Below, piece after piece: positions 11,650 to 25,899 of a stretch of 64,000 nucleotides of DNA. Below the pieces are notes generated by a model that was given only the letters and a program-made list of their open reading frames with translations, did not search any database and had not been told where the DNA came from. Origin of the DNA: Azolla caroliniana (Eukaryota > Plantae > Polypodiophyta); NCBI GenBank assembly GCA_043228905.1, contig JBHGNT010000020.1, positions 3,658,001-3,722,000 of the forward strand, read 5' to 3'. The stretch's first letter is position 1; each line of letters opens with the position of its first letter. Position numbers and translations under genes: made by a program.

Positions 11650-13160
11650 CTAGCGGAATCGTGGGACTAGTTGCAGCAACTTCTCCATGGTTAACGTTAT
11701 CTCGCAGCCTGTCAGTGCTTTCCATATGAGGTCCGTGGATGGTCCCTCTTCCACCAATAGCTCCACTGTGTTTGCGGACTCCTTCCGCATGCGCTTCGTA
11801 TTTGTCGTGTTTGCTTTTTCAACCCATGCTTGGGTTGTCTGCCGTATCTCATCTTGCGCAGCCCAATCAACATTTTTTGTTTGCTCACGTGTTGTGACTT
11901 GTTGTACTTCCACCGTAATCGTATTGACGGCGAGCCCCTTGCCCTTGCGTACTGGGCATTGTGTGGCATAATGTCCGGGTTGTTGACAAACAAAACAATG
12001 GATGCTAGATTCGCCCTTCTCGGCCCCTAGTGGTGTGTGCCGATCCCCAGGTGCGACTTGCTCCTCCTGGTCCTGATTCATTCGTCGGAGCGTACGGGTG
12101 GTTGTTGTTGGTCCCAACGTGGTTCCTGGTGCCGATCATCGTCCGAACTTTCGTTGTACCGCCGTTGTTCCCGATATTGACGATGCTTTCTGCGGGGCCC
12201 ATTGAAGCCACCATGTTTGTTCGTTGAACGGTAATTCTCATAGCGTCGACCCCCTTTAGTATTTCTGGGGTTGCCACGGTAGTCTTCATCCTCCGGCTCG
12301 TCTTCCTCGGAATTGTTGTGATTCCGGCGATTCAGGTAGTGTCGGTCATCGCGTGTGTTTCGATCCATATACCGTGGTCGTTCTTCTTGCCGCCTTTGTT
12401 CATTACGGCGTGGGGGACGCTGTGTTTCCACGCTGCGTACTATGGGTGTGGCTCTGTTCAACATATTGTACTCGCACTGCTCAACTATCTGAGCTTTCGA
12501 GTGACAGATTGGACAATGGATTCAAATGTTGCATTCATCTCCATAATGCCCCAAATTCAAGCAAATTGTGCACTGGATCACTTGACGAAAATGTCGTTCC
12601 TCGTCCTGAGGTAACGCTTGTTGCAATGAAGACATGGACAACCTTTGCTCTTCTTCATCCAGCTCGAGCTGTAGCGCTCTTTCTATGACCATATGAGTTG
12701 TTTCCCCTTTCACAGTATTCTTGTTGAGCGTTGTCCGTATGGGTCGGCGTAATGTTGCTAGAAATGTCTCCCTCGCCCCGTCCTCCGTCGGGCCCTGTTC
12801 TAATTTCCGCCGTAGATTTTGGAAGCGTAAACTGAAATCCGCTACCGTCTCAGTCGGCAAATGCTTAATTGTGTAAAACTGCCGGAGGATTTCGCGTTGC
12901 GGCACCCTCCGATGAAAAAACCGCAGAAAGGCTGACTGGAGCTGGTCAAAGGTTGTGATTGCTGGCAGATCCATCTGCGAATGCCAAAACGCCGCTCTCC
13001 CATCCAAGGTTAATCCAAACTCCGTCATTTTGGACTGGTGTGCTACTGCCTCAAAAAGGCTCTACGCCATGTGGTTTGCATTCCAGACATTGACGAATAG
13101 TCAGATGTGGGTTGTAGCGTCAACTTTGCCGTTGAAGGGGGGATAAGCAAAGGCCATGCT
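11650..13160 (-). pseudogene. gag, disrupted, with two CCHC zinc knuckles
   Basis: Retrotrans_gag-like TFDQLQSAFLRFF; knuckles CTICLNLGHYGDEC and CFVCQQPGHYATQC; several stops and frameshifts. Confidence 0.85.
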
Positions 13161-13914
13161 GGGTGCTACGGCAGGCAGGGAAAGGCCACAATGCTTTTGT
13201 GGTGAGCGTGCTTCCTGCGTATCGCCGAGGTATTTGGAGAGCGAGAAATCGTCTTTGTGGTCCCGATAGGTATTATTGAGGTTACTAAGGTGAGGCTTTT
13301 GCCGTGCGCGTTCCTCTGCTTGGCGTGTAATGGACCTTGTGATTGGTCGGTCTTGTCGTGTTGGTTCTCTGGGGTGTCTGCAACTAAACATCCATTCGTC
13401 GTTGTTCGTCTGTGAGAAGACATAGATCACCAAGCGTGCTAAAAGTGTTACTGATTAGGAACATGATCTCTGGTCAGTCCTTCGACCTAGACCTCAAAGT
13501 GACCGTGTGACAACGAATGGTAGTGTTTGTGCGTAATACTTAGTGGGATACCTCCCGTAACCTTGCAACATATAAGGGAGACGACTACAACCGAGCTCCT
13601 TAGACAGTGGGCTAGCACACACACTGTTACTCACGCCTACGCTCTTACGACTGTGCTACGCCACCAAGGATTACAGACACACAGTAGATTAACCACAAAT
13701 ACGCATAGATATCAGAGAAGATAGAACTCTATTAAGATACGCCTTTTACATTCAAAATTACACGCTACCTCTATCAGAGGTTTTCTACCCTTTATATACG
13801 TAGGGTCTTTTAGCCGTTCACGCTTCCTGCGTGAACCGTTTACATGCGTTACAATATTACTCTATTCCATATTACTGCGCTCTTGTCCGTCGGTTACTAT
13901 TCCGGCGGACAACA

Positions 13915-15636
13915 CTTGGCACGCATGTAGCCTTCATCATCTAGCCGTCCAGCCGATATCAGATTCAATCTGACATCTGGAACATGGCGTACATCCTTCA
14001 ATGTTGACCTACAACTAGTAGATGTTAGCAAACACACATTTCCTATGCCCACAATCTTGTATTCACTGTCATTTCCCATCCTTACGTAGCCATAGCCACC
14101 GATTGTGTAAGATGAGAAACATTCTCTTTTGGGAGTTAGGTGGAATGATGCACCGGAGTCCACTACCCATGAGCACTCAACATTTGCAAGATTCACACTA
14201 ACTTGCTCACAGATAAATAATATCTCTTCCTCACTAGTTGCAATGGTTGAGGTGTTTTTATCATCAGAAATTTTTCTGGGTTCGACCTCATCAACCATGC
14301 CTTTGTCCTTTCTAAGGTGTCAACAATTCTTTTGGAAGTGACTAGGCTTCCCACAATAGAAGCATGTAGGTCCCTCTCTAGATTTCGACCTTCCATAAAA
14401 CCTATCTCCATTTTCTGAACTTCTATGTTCTCGTCTTCCTCTACTAAGTTCTTGGGTCACATTAGCTTCTAATTGAGACAAGGCACTTTTATCCTTTCTT
14501 CTTGTCTCTTCATTTAGAATACTTGCTTTTACTACTTGTAAACATAGGTTGTCTTCTTTACATTACGTACTGAGTGTCTCTATTAGGTTTTCCCAACTGT
14601 CAGGCAAAGTACATAGTAGTAGTGTGGCCTGCATAGCATCATCTAAAGGAAACTTCGTTGATGCTAACTGGTTTACCAGCCCCATGAAGGTACTAATGTG
14701 TTCTATGATACTCTCCCCATCTACGTACTTTAGTCTCACTATTTTTCTCATTAGGGAAGTTTTATTTAAGGCATTTTTCCTTTCGTAGAGAGATGAGAGT
14801 TTTTTCCATAACTCATACGCATTTGTATCACTTGCTACATGTTATAGAACACTAATGTCTACACATTGTCTTATGGTTGCAACTGCCTTTCTATTTAGAG
14901 TTTTCCGCTCAGATTCTATTACTCCTCTAGGTATGTCTTCCTTTTCTATAGGCTCATATAGATCTTTGACTATTAGAAGATCTTCCATTTTGATCTTCCA
15001 ATCTGAGTAGTTTTGTGAGTTTAGGACAATCATCCCCGGAAAGCCACTCACATTCCCTTCCATCTAGAACCTCTCTCTGATACCAATTTGTTATGATTTC
15101 CACTCAGACAGAAGTTACAAAAACTTAGACACAAACAGAAATAAAACAAGTAACACACGATTTATGTGGAAAACCCTGATTTCAGGGAAAAACCACGGGA
15201 ACAGAAATTTCCACTATGAGATAAGATGAAATACAATCACAGAATGATAGAACCTGATTTGGTATGGTTGTACTCTGAAACCACAATTTCAGCCAAGTGC
15301 ACCAAACCCTAACTCGTAGGTATCTATCTCTTTCGAAACCTTCACAGCTTCTTGATTTGTCTTTTCTTTTCTTTCTTTTACACTCTTCTTCCTTTGTTTC
15401 CTCTCACGCTCAGCTTTCGAGCTATGGCACTCGCACAACCACTACTGTGTTAGCTCTCTATTGTTCTCTGTGTCACTCTACTCTTGCAACACCTTCTATT
15501 ATACCCTCATGCGGTCACTTAAGTTCACTTCCGCGCTTTTACTCATTGTTTTTACTCTCAGTGAGTTATCCCACATACAAAAGCAACTAGTTCGGTTAGC
15601 CGACTCCTCCACAAGGAGGGACAACCTTACATAACA
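13915..15636 (-). mobile_element. Copia (Tnt1-like) 5' part: LTR 15089-15636, Met-tRNA PBS, gag and protease
   Basis: LTR ends TGTTATG...CATAACA; PBS TGGTATCAGAG (15075-15085 reverse); gag NYSDWKIKMEDLL; protease WVVDSGASFH; LKDVRHVPDVRLNLIS. Confidence 0.92.
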
Positions 15637-16064
15637 CTCTCTTCTAGGAGGCAACGAGTTCAAGTCATCCCAAAGGTTTTGGGGTTTTTTCTACTCATGC
15701 CATCTTCTTGGACTTTAACTATATTGACTTCTCCTTCTTCATCCGCCACCTACCTCTTTCTTTCAGTCGTTTCAATTATGGCCTCATGAAACTCTTTCTA
15801 CCGCAATTCCTAACAATTCATTCAGAGTACTTTCTATCAAGGATCCTTACATAACACTCTCTTCTAGGAGGCAACGAGTTCAAGTCATCCCAAAGCTTCT
15901 AGGGTTTTTTCTACTCATGCCATCTTCTTGGACTTTAACTATATTGACTTCTCCTTCTTCATCCGCCACCTACCTCTTTCTTTGAGTCGTTTCAATTATG
16001 GCCTCATGAAACTCTTTCTACCGCAATTCCTAACAATTCATTCAGAGTACTTGCTATCAAGGAT
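15625..16064 (+). repeat. About 220-bp tandem duplication spanning the Copia LTR end
   Basis: CCTTACATAACACTCTCTTCTAGG... occurs at 15625 and again at 15845. Confidence 0.9.
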
Positions 16065-17836
16065 TCTAGTCTGAGGCAAGCTTGAATGCCAAGGTTGCTT
16101 TTTGCTTTTCCCTTTTCTTTCACAATGACTTCATTTTTCTTCTTTATTGTTTCTTGGTTTCCGGTCATAGATAAGGACCCACTTCGATTGTTCTTTTTCT
16201 CATCTCTTGTACTTAATCTTCATTACGATCCACCCTAATTAATTTTTAGAATGATGTTAAAGTGTCTACTAGGTCATTCTGCCTAGTACTAGTTTGAATC
16301 TCATTGTTGATCTTCAGTCCTCTAGTCAGACCATTCTTGACAAATGAATCTTCCCATTATGATAGAATATCATATTTCTATCATGAACTTCTTGATGACT
16401 CATGCACTCCCTCTTTTTTATTGTTGGTGTTATCGCACCATATACATGGATGGGTGACGTTTTCTTTTAGTCCCTCCTTAGGTTTTTGTTGGTCACTAGA
16501 AGATTTTAGCTCTCTCTAATTTGGCAAACCTCAAATCCAAATCCATAATGCATTTGATTAATCCCCCAAGTGGTGATTTTAATTCTTTTCCCTTTTTCTC
16601 CTATCACTTGAACAATTGATTCTTGTGTTGGATGATCCCTCAAAATAATTTCGTTTGAGCTTTCCATGTCGTCCTCCATTTAAAATACCCTTCTTCATAG
16701 GATAGAGAATCCTTTAAGACCTCAAACACAACTCCAATTGTGCTTGTTCAATCCTCTAAAAGAATCTCTAGATCTTTTCCAAATGATTTGTCCATATAGT
16801 CTAGAGAAACAAATCTACCTTCTCATATTGAAGAAGTTCTCAATACTTTGGCACGAGCTTGTTGTACTTCTTCTCAATTTCTCTCAATAATTTTGACACT
16901 TGAGAGATTGTTCGCTTCTTTCTCAGTCCATTTGAGAAAGATATTCTTTGTAACTCTAGTGAGGTTATCAAGCATATACTCATCTAATAATGCTTGGCAA
17001 AACCCATTCTAATGTTAAAATTCCACTACCTTTACTCGAACTCCAAAGTCACCACTCCATTGAACTAAGCCACCATGTGTAGCCCAATTACATTTTTTTC
17101 ATCTCATACTCATAGATCTCCAAAAATCTCGTGATGTCTTAACCATTAAATTAGACAATGTTTTGAATAATCAATTGTACAAGTGTCTTCTCTCTTTCCA
17201 ATTAGTGTTAGAAATATTGAGAAGCGATTAGATAGGTATATAGAGTTACAACCACAGAGATGGATATATGAAAACAAAACTTCTATTACATATGAGAGTA
17301 GCTCAGAATGGTAGTTCACCCTTGCGCTCACACCTTAGAGCTTAGATGGGATTTGGACTAGCTCACTACAAAATTAGTGGGGACTGATGATCCATACACC
17401 ATTGTGTAAGAGAGTGGATTATATTCTCTGTTTGGTCTAAGTGTAACATTAAATGTGCATGTCAGTTGATAGTAGTGGAGATATTCCATTTCTGTCAACT
17501 GACTTGTCATTTAATATGACCCAACTCCCTAGATATAGGCTAGTGGTAGATAGTACTTATCTTGAAGTCAATGGCACATACTTCAAGAGTAAGTACATTG
17601 TAACTTGCCCACAAAATATTCTAGTTGACTTTATTAGCCAATCCTATTACCTATTTCACTCTTTCCTAAATCCATTGTGTCCTACGCATCTATCGTTTCC
17701 TAGATTAACACCTTATTGACCCATATGGTCGAGTTGCACACTAGTTGCTCCTCATTTGTAGCGCTATCACAAAATGTGCACTCTAAGAGCACATATGGGG
17801 ATAGATTTACAACTTGGGGATGATAATTGATTATAT

Positions 17837-20800
17837 CTAACATGCCCCCTCAATGGCCAACCCATTGAGTTCACTAGGAATTGGGCCAACTCCTAGTCGT
17901 CGAAGGTGTTGTAGTTGTTTTGCTCCAAGCGCCTTTGTGAAGATATCCGCAACGTTTTTTGATGTTGGACAGTACTCAAGTTGCACAGTCTCATCATTTA
18001 TTAGCTCCCGCACATAGTGATACTGAATCTCTATGTGCTTAGTACATGCATGAAATATGGGGTTCTTGGCAATGGCCATGCAACTTTGATTGTCACACCT
18101 CAATACCGTTGTCATCCTTATTGGAACCGCCACATCCATAAGGATTCTTCTTAGCCAAACTACCTCGCATGTCGCTATGCATGCTGCTTTGTATTCTGCC
18201 TCCGTTGAAGATAGTGCCACTATTGGTTGTTTTTTACTACTCCATGAAACAGCTACAGAGCCTATTGAAAAACAATATCCAAAAACTGATTTTCTAGAAT
18301 CACTATCTCTAGCCCAGTCGGAGTCGCAATATCCACTAAGTTCGTCAATTGTTGGTTTGTAGAAGATTCCATAATTTAAAGTACCCACAATGTACTTTAA
18401 TACACGTAGTGCAACTTTCCAATGAGTCTCCTTCGGCTTGTTGCTGAATCAACTCACCACACCGACTGCAAAACAAATATCTGGCCTAGTGTTGCATAGG
18501 AAAATTAGACTTCCTACTAATTGTCTATACTTCCTTATGTCAACCATTGGTGTCGGGTCTTCTTGGGATAACTTGCAGTTTGACTCCATTGGAGTCGACT
18601 TCAACTTGCTGTCCATCATCCCAAAGGTCTTCAAGGTCTTTGTTGCATACTTTCTTTGTGACATGAAGATACCAACCGAGGTTTGCCAAACCTCAATTCC
18701 AAGGAAGAAGTGTAAAATCCCCAAGTCTGTCATTTCAAACACTCTTGTGTTTGGCCAATACACTCTTCATGGTCACCAATAAGTACTAGATCATCCACGT
18801 AAATGATGATGATGACTTGTTTCCCGTCCTTCATTTTGACATACATACTTGCATCCGAAGCACATTGCTTAAAGTCAATTGATTGTAAGAAGCTGTCTAT
18901 CCTCTTGTTCCAAGCTCTCGGTGCTTGTTTTAGACCATACAACGCCTTCTTCAGCTTGCAGACTTTGTTTTCTGAATTCGGCATCTCAAACCCTAGTGGT
19001 TGTGTCACATATACCTCCTCCTTGAGATGCCCATTCAAAAATGCCGATTTGAAATCCATTTGATAAATCGCCATCCTCTTGAAGCAGCCAACGTTATGAC
19101 CATTCGAATTGTTGTCATGCGAGCTGTCAGGGCAAATGTTTCTTGTACATCAAACCCTTCAATTTGGGAGTATCCTTCCGCTACTAGCTTGGCCTTAAAT
19201 TTCTCCAAAGAACCATCAGCGTTATACTTTAGTTTCCACACCCACTTGGTGCCTATCACCTTCCTCTTTGTTGGCCTCTCTACCAACTCCCACGTGTCAT
19301 TTTTCATGATGTTATTGTATTCTGATATCATCGCCTCTTTCCACTTCGGGTCAGCCATGGATTCCTCCATCGAGGTCAGCTCACTCACTGAGCCTATGAT
19401 GCCCACCATCAGAGCCATGTTGACAATGTGGTCAGAGGTTCTCCCTTGCTCTTGTATTCTTCTTGATCTTCATAATCCATCAGTTGAAGTTTCAGGAAAC
19501 TCAACTTTAGGAGTATGGTCATTGAAGAGTTGTTGAGCCCACTTAGGTATTTTCTTTATATGTGGCACTAGCATAGGCTGAACTAGCAAGCAGTTACCAT
19601 CAGATGGTTCAGCTTCCTTTTCTGGACAGTGGGTCAGGATTGGGAGGAATACTTCTTCGGTTGATGAGATAATTTGAGAATCGTTGTTCTCGGCTAGCTA
19701 TGGTTGTTCCTCATCGAACACCACATCGTGGATTTTCAATATCTTTCTTGCCTCTGTATCGTAGAGTCGATAGGCCTTTGACTCTTCACTATATCTGAGA
19801 AAGATACACTTCTTGCTTTTAGCATCCAACTTCTTTCTGCTCACATTTGGAACATGTGCGTAGCACGTACACCCAAAGGTTCTGAAGTGCAACACTGAAG
19901 GTTTCTTGCCCGAATAAGCTTCGTGGGGTGTTTTCCCTTGAAGTGCCTTCGTGTAGCTCCGATTGAGGATGTAAACTATTGTATTCATTGCTTCAGCCCA
20001 GAATGGGTCGGGCAGCGCTTGTGCCTTCAACATACACATAGCCATCTCAACAATTGTTCGGTTTCGACGTTCGACAATGCCATTTTGTTGTGGGGTGTTG
20101 GCAGTTCTAAGTTGGCGCTTAATTTCATGATCTTTGCAATACTCACATAATTCTATTGATAAGAATTCTCCACCTCGATCAGAGCGTAACTCCTTCACTA
20201 ACTTTCCGGATTCCCACTCGACAAACTTATGCCATCTTTTGAAGATTTTAAAAGCTTCAGCCTTCTCCCGAAGGAAGTAAACCCATATCTTTCTACTCAA
20301 GTCCTCGACTACTAGCATATAATAGAGAGATCCACCCATTGCAAGAGTCACCATTTTTCCAGAGAGGTCGATGTGTATTAGTTGTAGAGGAGCATTTGTC
20401 CGATTTTGACTCTCTTTTGGAATGGCTGATCTTTGATGCTTGCCCATCATACAAGCATCACAAACATGACTTAAGTCAAATAGGGTTGGCAACCCAACTA
20501 CCATATTTGACTTCTTCATCTCCTTCAACACAGAAACATTGAGATGCCCAAATCTCTCATGCCATTGCTTTGTGTTAATACTTGTGTTGTGGTCAGTAGA
20601 AATTGTAAATGCGCTCAACTCATAGAGATTGTTGCGCCTTACCCCTATTCCTACAACCTTGCCAACAGAATCTGTTATTTATGCACCCAACTTCTTGAAT
20701 CGAACATCAAGACCCTTGTTGGTCAGTGCAGAAATGTACAATAGATTCTTCTTGAGATCTAGCACGTACAACACTTGAGAGACATGCTTTGTCCCGCCGA

Positions 20801-21860
20801 TCGTTGCTTTGAGGGAGACGGTTCCGGTTCCTTTGGCTAGATATCGAGCATTGTTCCTGACCACAACATTGATGGGCTCTTGTAGAGGTGTCCAAGAGCT
20901 ATACTAGTCACGATTACTGGTCATATGTCGGGACACTCCACTATTGAGAATCCAAGAGTCGTTGACAACTTGGGTGTCAATTGAAGAACACACTTCTTCA
21001 GTTGCGACCCATAACTCAAGCTCATCTATGACGTTGTTGGCGGACTCAGGCTCTCTCGAAGAGGTCTTACTAGAACCATACTTCTCGTCTGCCATCTTCT
21101 TCCGACAATCCTTGATTGTGTGACCCTTCTTGTCACAGTAGAAACACGATCCATTGAACTTCTTCTTCTTTGGTATCCTATTCACATTGTTTGAATTGGA
21201 TGCCCCTTTACCCTTAGTCCTAGAGACAAATGCCGAATCTTCCCTTCCTTCTCTTGTCTTCAGCCGAAGCTCCTCTTCAAGCAGCATTGCACTTAGTTCA
21301 TCAAATTTTAAAGGAGTGAGTCGAACCTGAGTGTTCAATGTTGTCACAATGCCATCATACTTTGAAGGAAGTACTCGAATGCACCGATGAACCATATCCT
21401 TCGGAGAGACAACTACTCCAACAGCTACCAACTGATCTTGAAGATCCTTAATCCTTTTTACAAAGGATTCTATTTTCTCTCCATCAGCGAGCTTCTCTAC
21501 AGCAAGCTGATTTTCGAGGTTTTGTATCCTTGTATAGTTTCTGGTTTCATACTAGCTGCCCAATATGTTCCAAGCTTCATGTGCCCTGGTTGTATGTTGC
21601 ACTAATGTTAGTACAGAGTCACATACACCAATGACTATGGTACACAATGCATCAACATTCCTTCTCTTCCAAGCTCGAAGTAGATCAGCATTTGGAGGAA
21701 TTGATGTGGTAGGGTGTGTAGGGTCAAAGTCACCATGGGCTCAGGGTCTCCTCCTGTGGGTCCCATGATTGTCTCCAACAACTCGTAGGAGTCCAAAATG
21801 GCCGACCTTTTGAACTTCCATAGAGTGTAGTTGGTTCCATCTAGCTTTCCATCAGTCATT
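17837..21860 (-). pseudogene. Copia gag-pol (gag, CCHC, PR, IN, RT, RNase H), disrupted
   Basis: Motifs CFYCDKKGHTIKDC, WHERFGH, LRSDRGGEF, QQNGIVER, YVDDL, YCDSDWA, LSSTEAEY, ADIFTKAL in Copia order. Confidence 0.95.
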
Positions 21861-24800
21861 GGTGTATGTGACTCTGTACTAACCCACACCTTTTACGACT
21901 ATGCTTTTGGAATTGCAATGGATACCCATGGAATGCGGGATTTGGCATAGAGGAGTTCACTAATGACTCGGATATCACACTTCTTGTTGAAACATGGGAG
22001 CATGATACTCAAAGGATTCAAGGTTTAGGAAACTATAATGTACACTCTTTGATATGGAAGAAAAATCCAAGACAAAGAAGAGGACAAGGAGGGGTGGCAT
22101 GTTTGATTAAGAAGGAAATAGAGAAATATGTGTCAATCATAAAAAATGATGAAAATAAATGCTACATATGGCTCAAAATAGAAACACCTAATGAGTTGCC
22201 CACTTTTGTAGTTGGATGTCAATCATAAAAAATGATGAAAATAAATGCTACATATGGCTCAAAATAGAAACACCTAATGATTTGCCCACTTTTGTAGTTG
22301 GATGTTACATTCCTCATCAAGATTCTAACTTTTATGCTTGTTTGGATAAAGATCAACCGTTTGCTAATCTAGAAGATGATATTGCTTATTTCAAATCCAA
22401 AGGGGAAGTTATTGTCTTTGGTGACATGAATGCTCGTACAAGAAGTTTCCAACTTATTCACAAGAATCTTTCATGCCACATATCTCAAGGATGCAAGAGG
22501 ATATGCAAATGTATAACCGCTCTTCTAGCGATGAAAAAGATCCGGACTAATTTGGGAAGTTACTCCTACAAATGTGCAATAGTACCAGATTTCTTATTGC
22601 AAATGTTATTTCCTTATGGCCCAACACTAATGGTTTTACATGTAGAAAACACAACGGAAATAGTGTGATTGACTATGTGCTACTTTCCGAAGGTATTTTG
22701 GATCGTATACATAAATTCTCACTTGGTGAATGGACACTGGAATCCGATCATAGGCCTTTATGTATTGATCTCAAATGTATGTATAGGTTTGATTGTGAGA
22801 AGGCTATTCAAGATAATAAACAACCGCACTTGAGCATGAACCTTAAGCGAGCACCCATGTATTCCAAGATGGTTGAGGATATGTTACAAATGACAAAGAT
22901 ACAACATGGTGCCACAGTAGAATGCAAATGGGAAGCTTTCAAGAAAGTCATTCTCTCATGTACAAACAAATGTTTTTTGACCAACCGCACATCTTGGAAG
23001 TGCACCAAGAAACTTAGGAAAAAATGGTTTGATAAAGAATGTCGTGAAGCTCGAAAGTGCCTTATGGTTTTGGATGTAGTTAAGGATAAAGAGAATTACC
23101 AAATGCATTTGCATGAGTATAAAAGGCTTATTCAAAGAAAGAGAAGAATATGGGAAGTTACTCAACAATTTATCCAAACGCAAGAGAAAGCACATGCATG
23201 TGCTAAATTTTGGGGAAATCTAAAGGGAAAACGTGTTGAGAGTTATGGTGACTTAACTCTTCATGACTTGTCTATGCATTGTAAGAATTTATATGAGTTA
23301 TCTCTTGCCGGAAAGATGATGTGTTATGGTTCTCTTTCACATATGCCTCCCTTCTTTACAATTGAAGATATATGCATAGGACTTAAGAAATTGGCCAATC
23401 GAAAGGCAAGCGATCTTCAATGTATAAAGGCTGAAATGCTCAAATGGACGGGAAAGGAAGCACATATATGGATAAGCAATATGTTTAATGATGCATTGCA
23501 ACATGGTATGCCGTATGATTGGACTACAAATTGGATCAAACCTTTGCATAAAGGTGGAGATATAAATAATGTAAACAACTATCGAACCATCATGGTTGGC
23601 TCATTAATGGCAAAACTATTTGGATGTATAATGGAATCAAAGATAAGTGTATGGGCTGAAAAAAGTGGTAAGAGAGTTTATGGACAAGCTGGCTTTCGGA
23701 AACACCATAGCACCATTGATCACCTTATCACCCTTCGAGTATTAATGGAGGAAAGTCACCTTAGAGGTAAAGGTTTATATTGTTGCTTTGTAGACTTCAA
23801 GAAACCTTTTGATATGGTACGTCGTGAGCATCTTTGGAGGTGAATGGAAGAACTTGAGGTGCCAAGTGAATATATGCTTGCAATTTCCCGAATTTATGAG
23901 AAGGTTATATGTTGTGTGCGCATGAGAGATAAACTTTCAGATTTTTTCAAAAGCACTATTGGTGTTAAGCAAGGATGCCCACTCTCACCAACACTATTTG
24001 GTCTATGCATTGATGAATTGGAAGAAATGGTTACCAAGTTTGCAAAGGAAGAATGTGTTGAAGAAGTTGCCATTGGGAATGTTGTAATTATGCTTTTGCT
24101 ATATGCGGATGATGTAGTGCTTTTTGCAAATACTTTAGGAGATGCACAAAAGCTTATGAAGGCATTGGAAATTTTTTGCATGCATACTAAATTAAGTGTC
24201 AATAGCTCTAAAACAAAGATTATGCTTGTGAAGAGCCAAAAAAGAGATAAACCATGCATTATGTACAACAATGAGCCACTTGAATGTGTGGAAAGCTTCA
24301 AATATCTTGGCCTTGAAGTTCCTTCAAATCATAGATGGAATGAATGTGCTACACGCCGCTTAGAGGCGGGGAAGCGAGCATACTATGCATTTGAGAACAC
24401 ATGCAATCTTGGAGATATTAAGTGTTGGGTCCTCAAGAAATATCTTTTCGACACTTTGTTGACACCGGTTCTTCTCTATGGGGTGGAAGTATGGGGCGGT
24501 AGTATCCCTAAATCTATGTGAAAAGAGTTTGAAAATGTCCAAAAGCATTTTCTTACCAAGTTTCTACAAGTTAAGAAACAAACGCCCTACACCCTCCTCC
24601 TCCTTGAGACGGGATCGCTTCCCATTGAGATCATGGCCATGGAAAGGGTTGTTGAATACATGCTTAAGGTTCAAAAAAGTCCCTCACATCGACTTCCTAG
24701 AATTGCGTGGGAAGCAAACAAAAAGATCCAAAAGACGCATAAAAGAAAAATTTTGTGTTCCGGTTGGATGCAAGATATAGAAAAATGGTTTGGTAGATGG

Positions 24801-25899
24801 GATGCGAGACACTTGCTTCATGATGCATCATTAGATTCCTCTGTAAATGAGGCATTTTTGCAATGCCAATGTATCATGACATGGGACAAATGTGGAGGCT
24901 CACGCTTCAGGGTCGAAGCATGCTACGGTGTATCAACTTTTGGCCAAAAATTTAGTACTAAATCGAGGAAGAAAATAAACATTAAAAATTGAAAATAAAA
25001 CAATTATCATCTATTGAATGGTGTTCAATTTCAAATAACAAATTCATTACGTCACACTCGAATGTACAAAGATAATATATGTCACACTTGAAATGTCCCA
25101 AGGCCGTATTTAATACATTAATTGTAACTTCATTCTCCTAGGTAGAGTTGTTCGAAAGCACACCTGGAGAAGGTTTGGAATTTGATAGTTGGTCAGTCTC
25201 TCTCTCTCTCTCTCTTCTGTCTCGAAGTTGTCAGACAGACAAAGGCAGAAAGTTAGAAAGACGACACATATCTATTACCCATCTCTCTCTTTCTCTCTCT
25301 CACTCCACCTTTGAATCTCTGTTTCTTTCTTTCTTTCTGTTTCTCTCTCTCACTCCACCTTCGATTCTCTGTTTCCCCGCGTAGTTGTTGTTGTGTTCCC
25401 CTCTATGCCAGGTTCGATCTCTGTCTCTGTATATGCAGAGATTTTTGTTTCCCCAGATTGATGTTCTTGTTGTTGATTTTCTTTCCTTGTGTATGCTTGT
25501 TTGTCTCCTCTGCAGTAGCCTCGTCAACAACCTCTTGCATATAGGTGATTTTGAAGGCTTGGTGTGCTTCGAAGGTGTGGTACCTCTGCCTTCGACCTTG
25601 GCTCCATCTGCCTCCAACTGGTATGTTATCATTTTCTCTTTGTTTCCTGTCCATCTGTTTTTAATTTGTATGTGTATGGGCATTTTTAGGTTTTGATTAT
25701 TCATAGTCTATGTGTTGCATGCCCAACTGGTATGTTTTCATTTTCTTTGTGTTTCCTGTCTGTCTATTTTTAATTTGTATGTGTAGACATGGATGAGTTT
25801 TCTTCCGACTATTTAGGGTTTTTGTGTGTTTGACATGGCTTGTACATGCAATGTGATGATTTGCTATGTGTTGATGGTAATTTGATGAGTTTTATTCTA

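Larger units (their letters stand above)
6153..13914 (-). mobile_element. Non-chromovirus Gypsy LTR retrotransposon (5' LTR 13446-13914; gag-PR-RT-RH-IN plus extra 3' ORF), interrupted by the PLE
   Basis: LTR TGTTGTCC...GTAACA followed by CTTTTAGCACGC; domain order PR (VIDGGS), RT (FLDDF), RH, IN (WGLDFVGP, SDQG, QANGLAE). Confidence 0.92.

Noticed and set aside
15640-17200. Possible older element or gene on the minus strand continuing at 45390-46250
   Set aside because: Too decayed; no motif could be identified with confidence.
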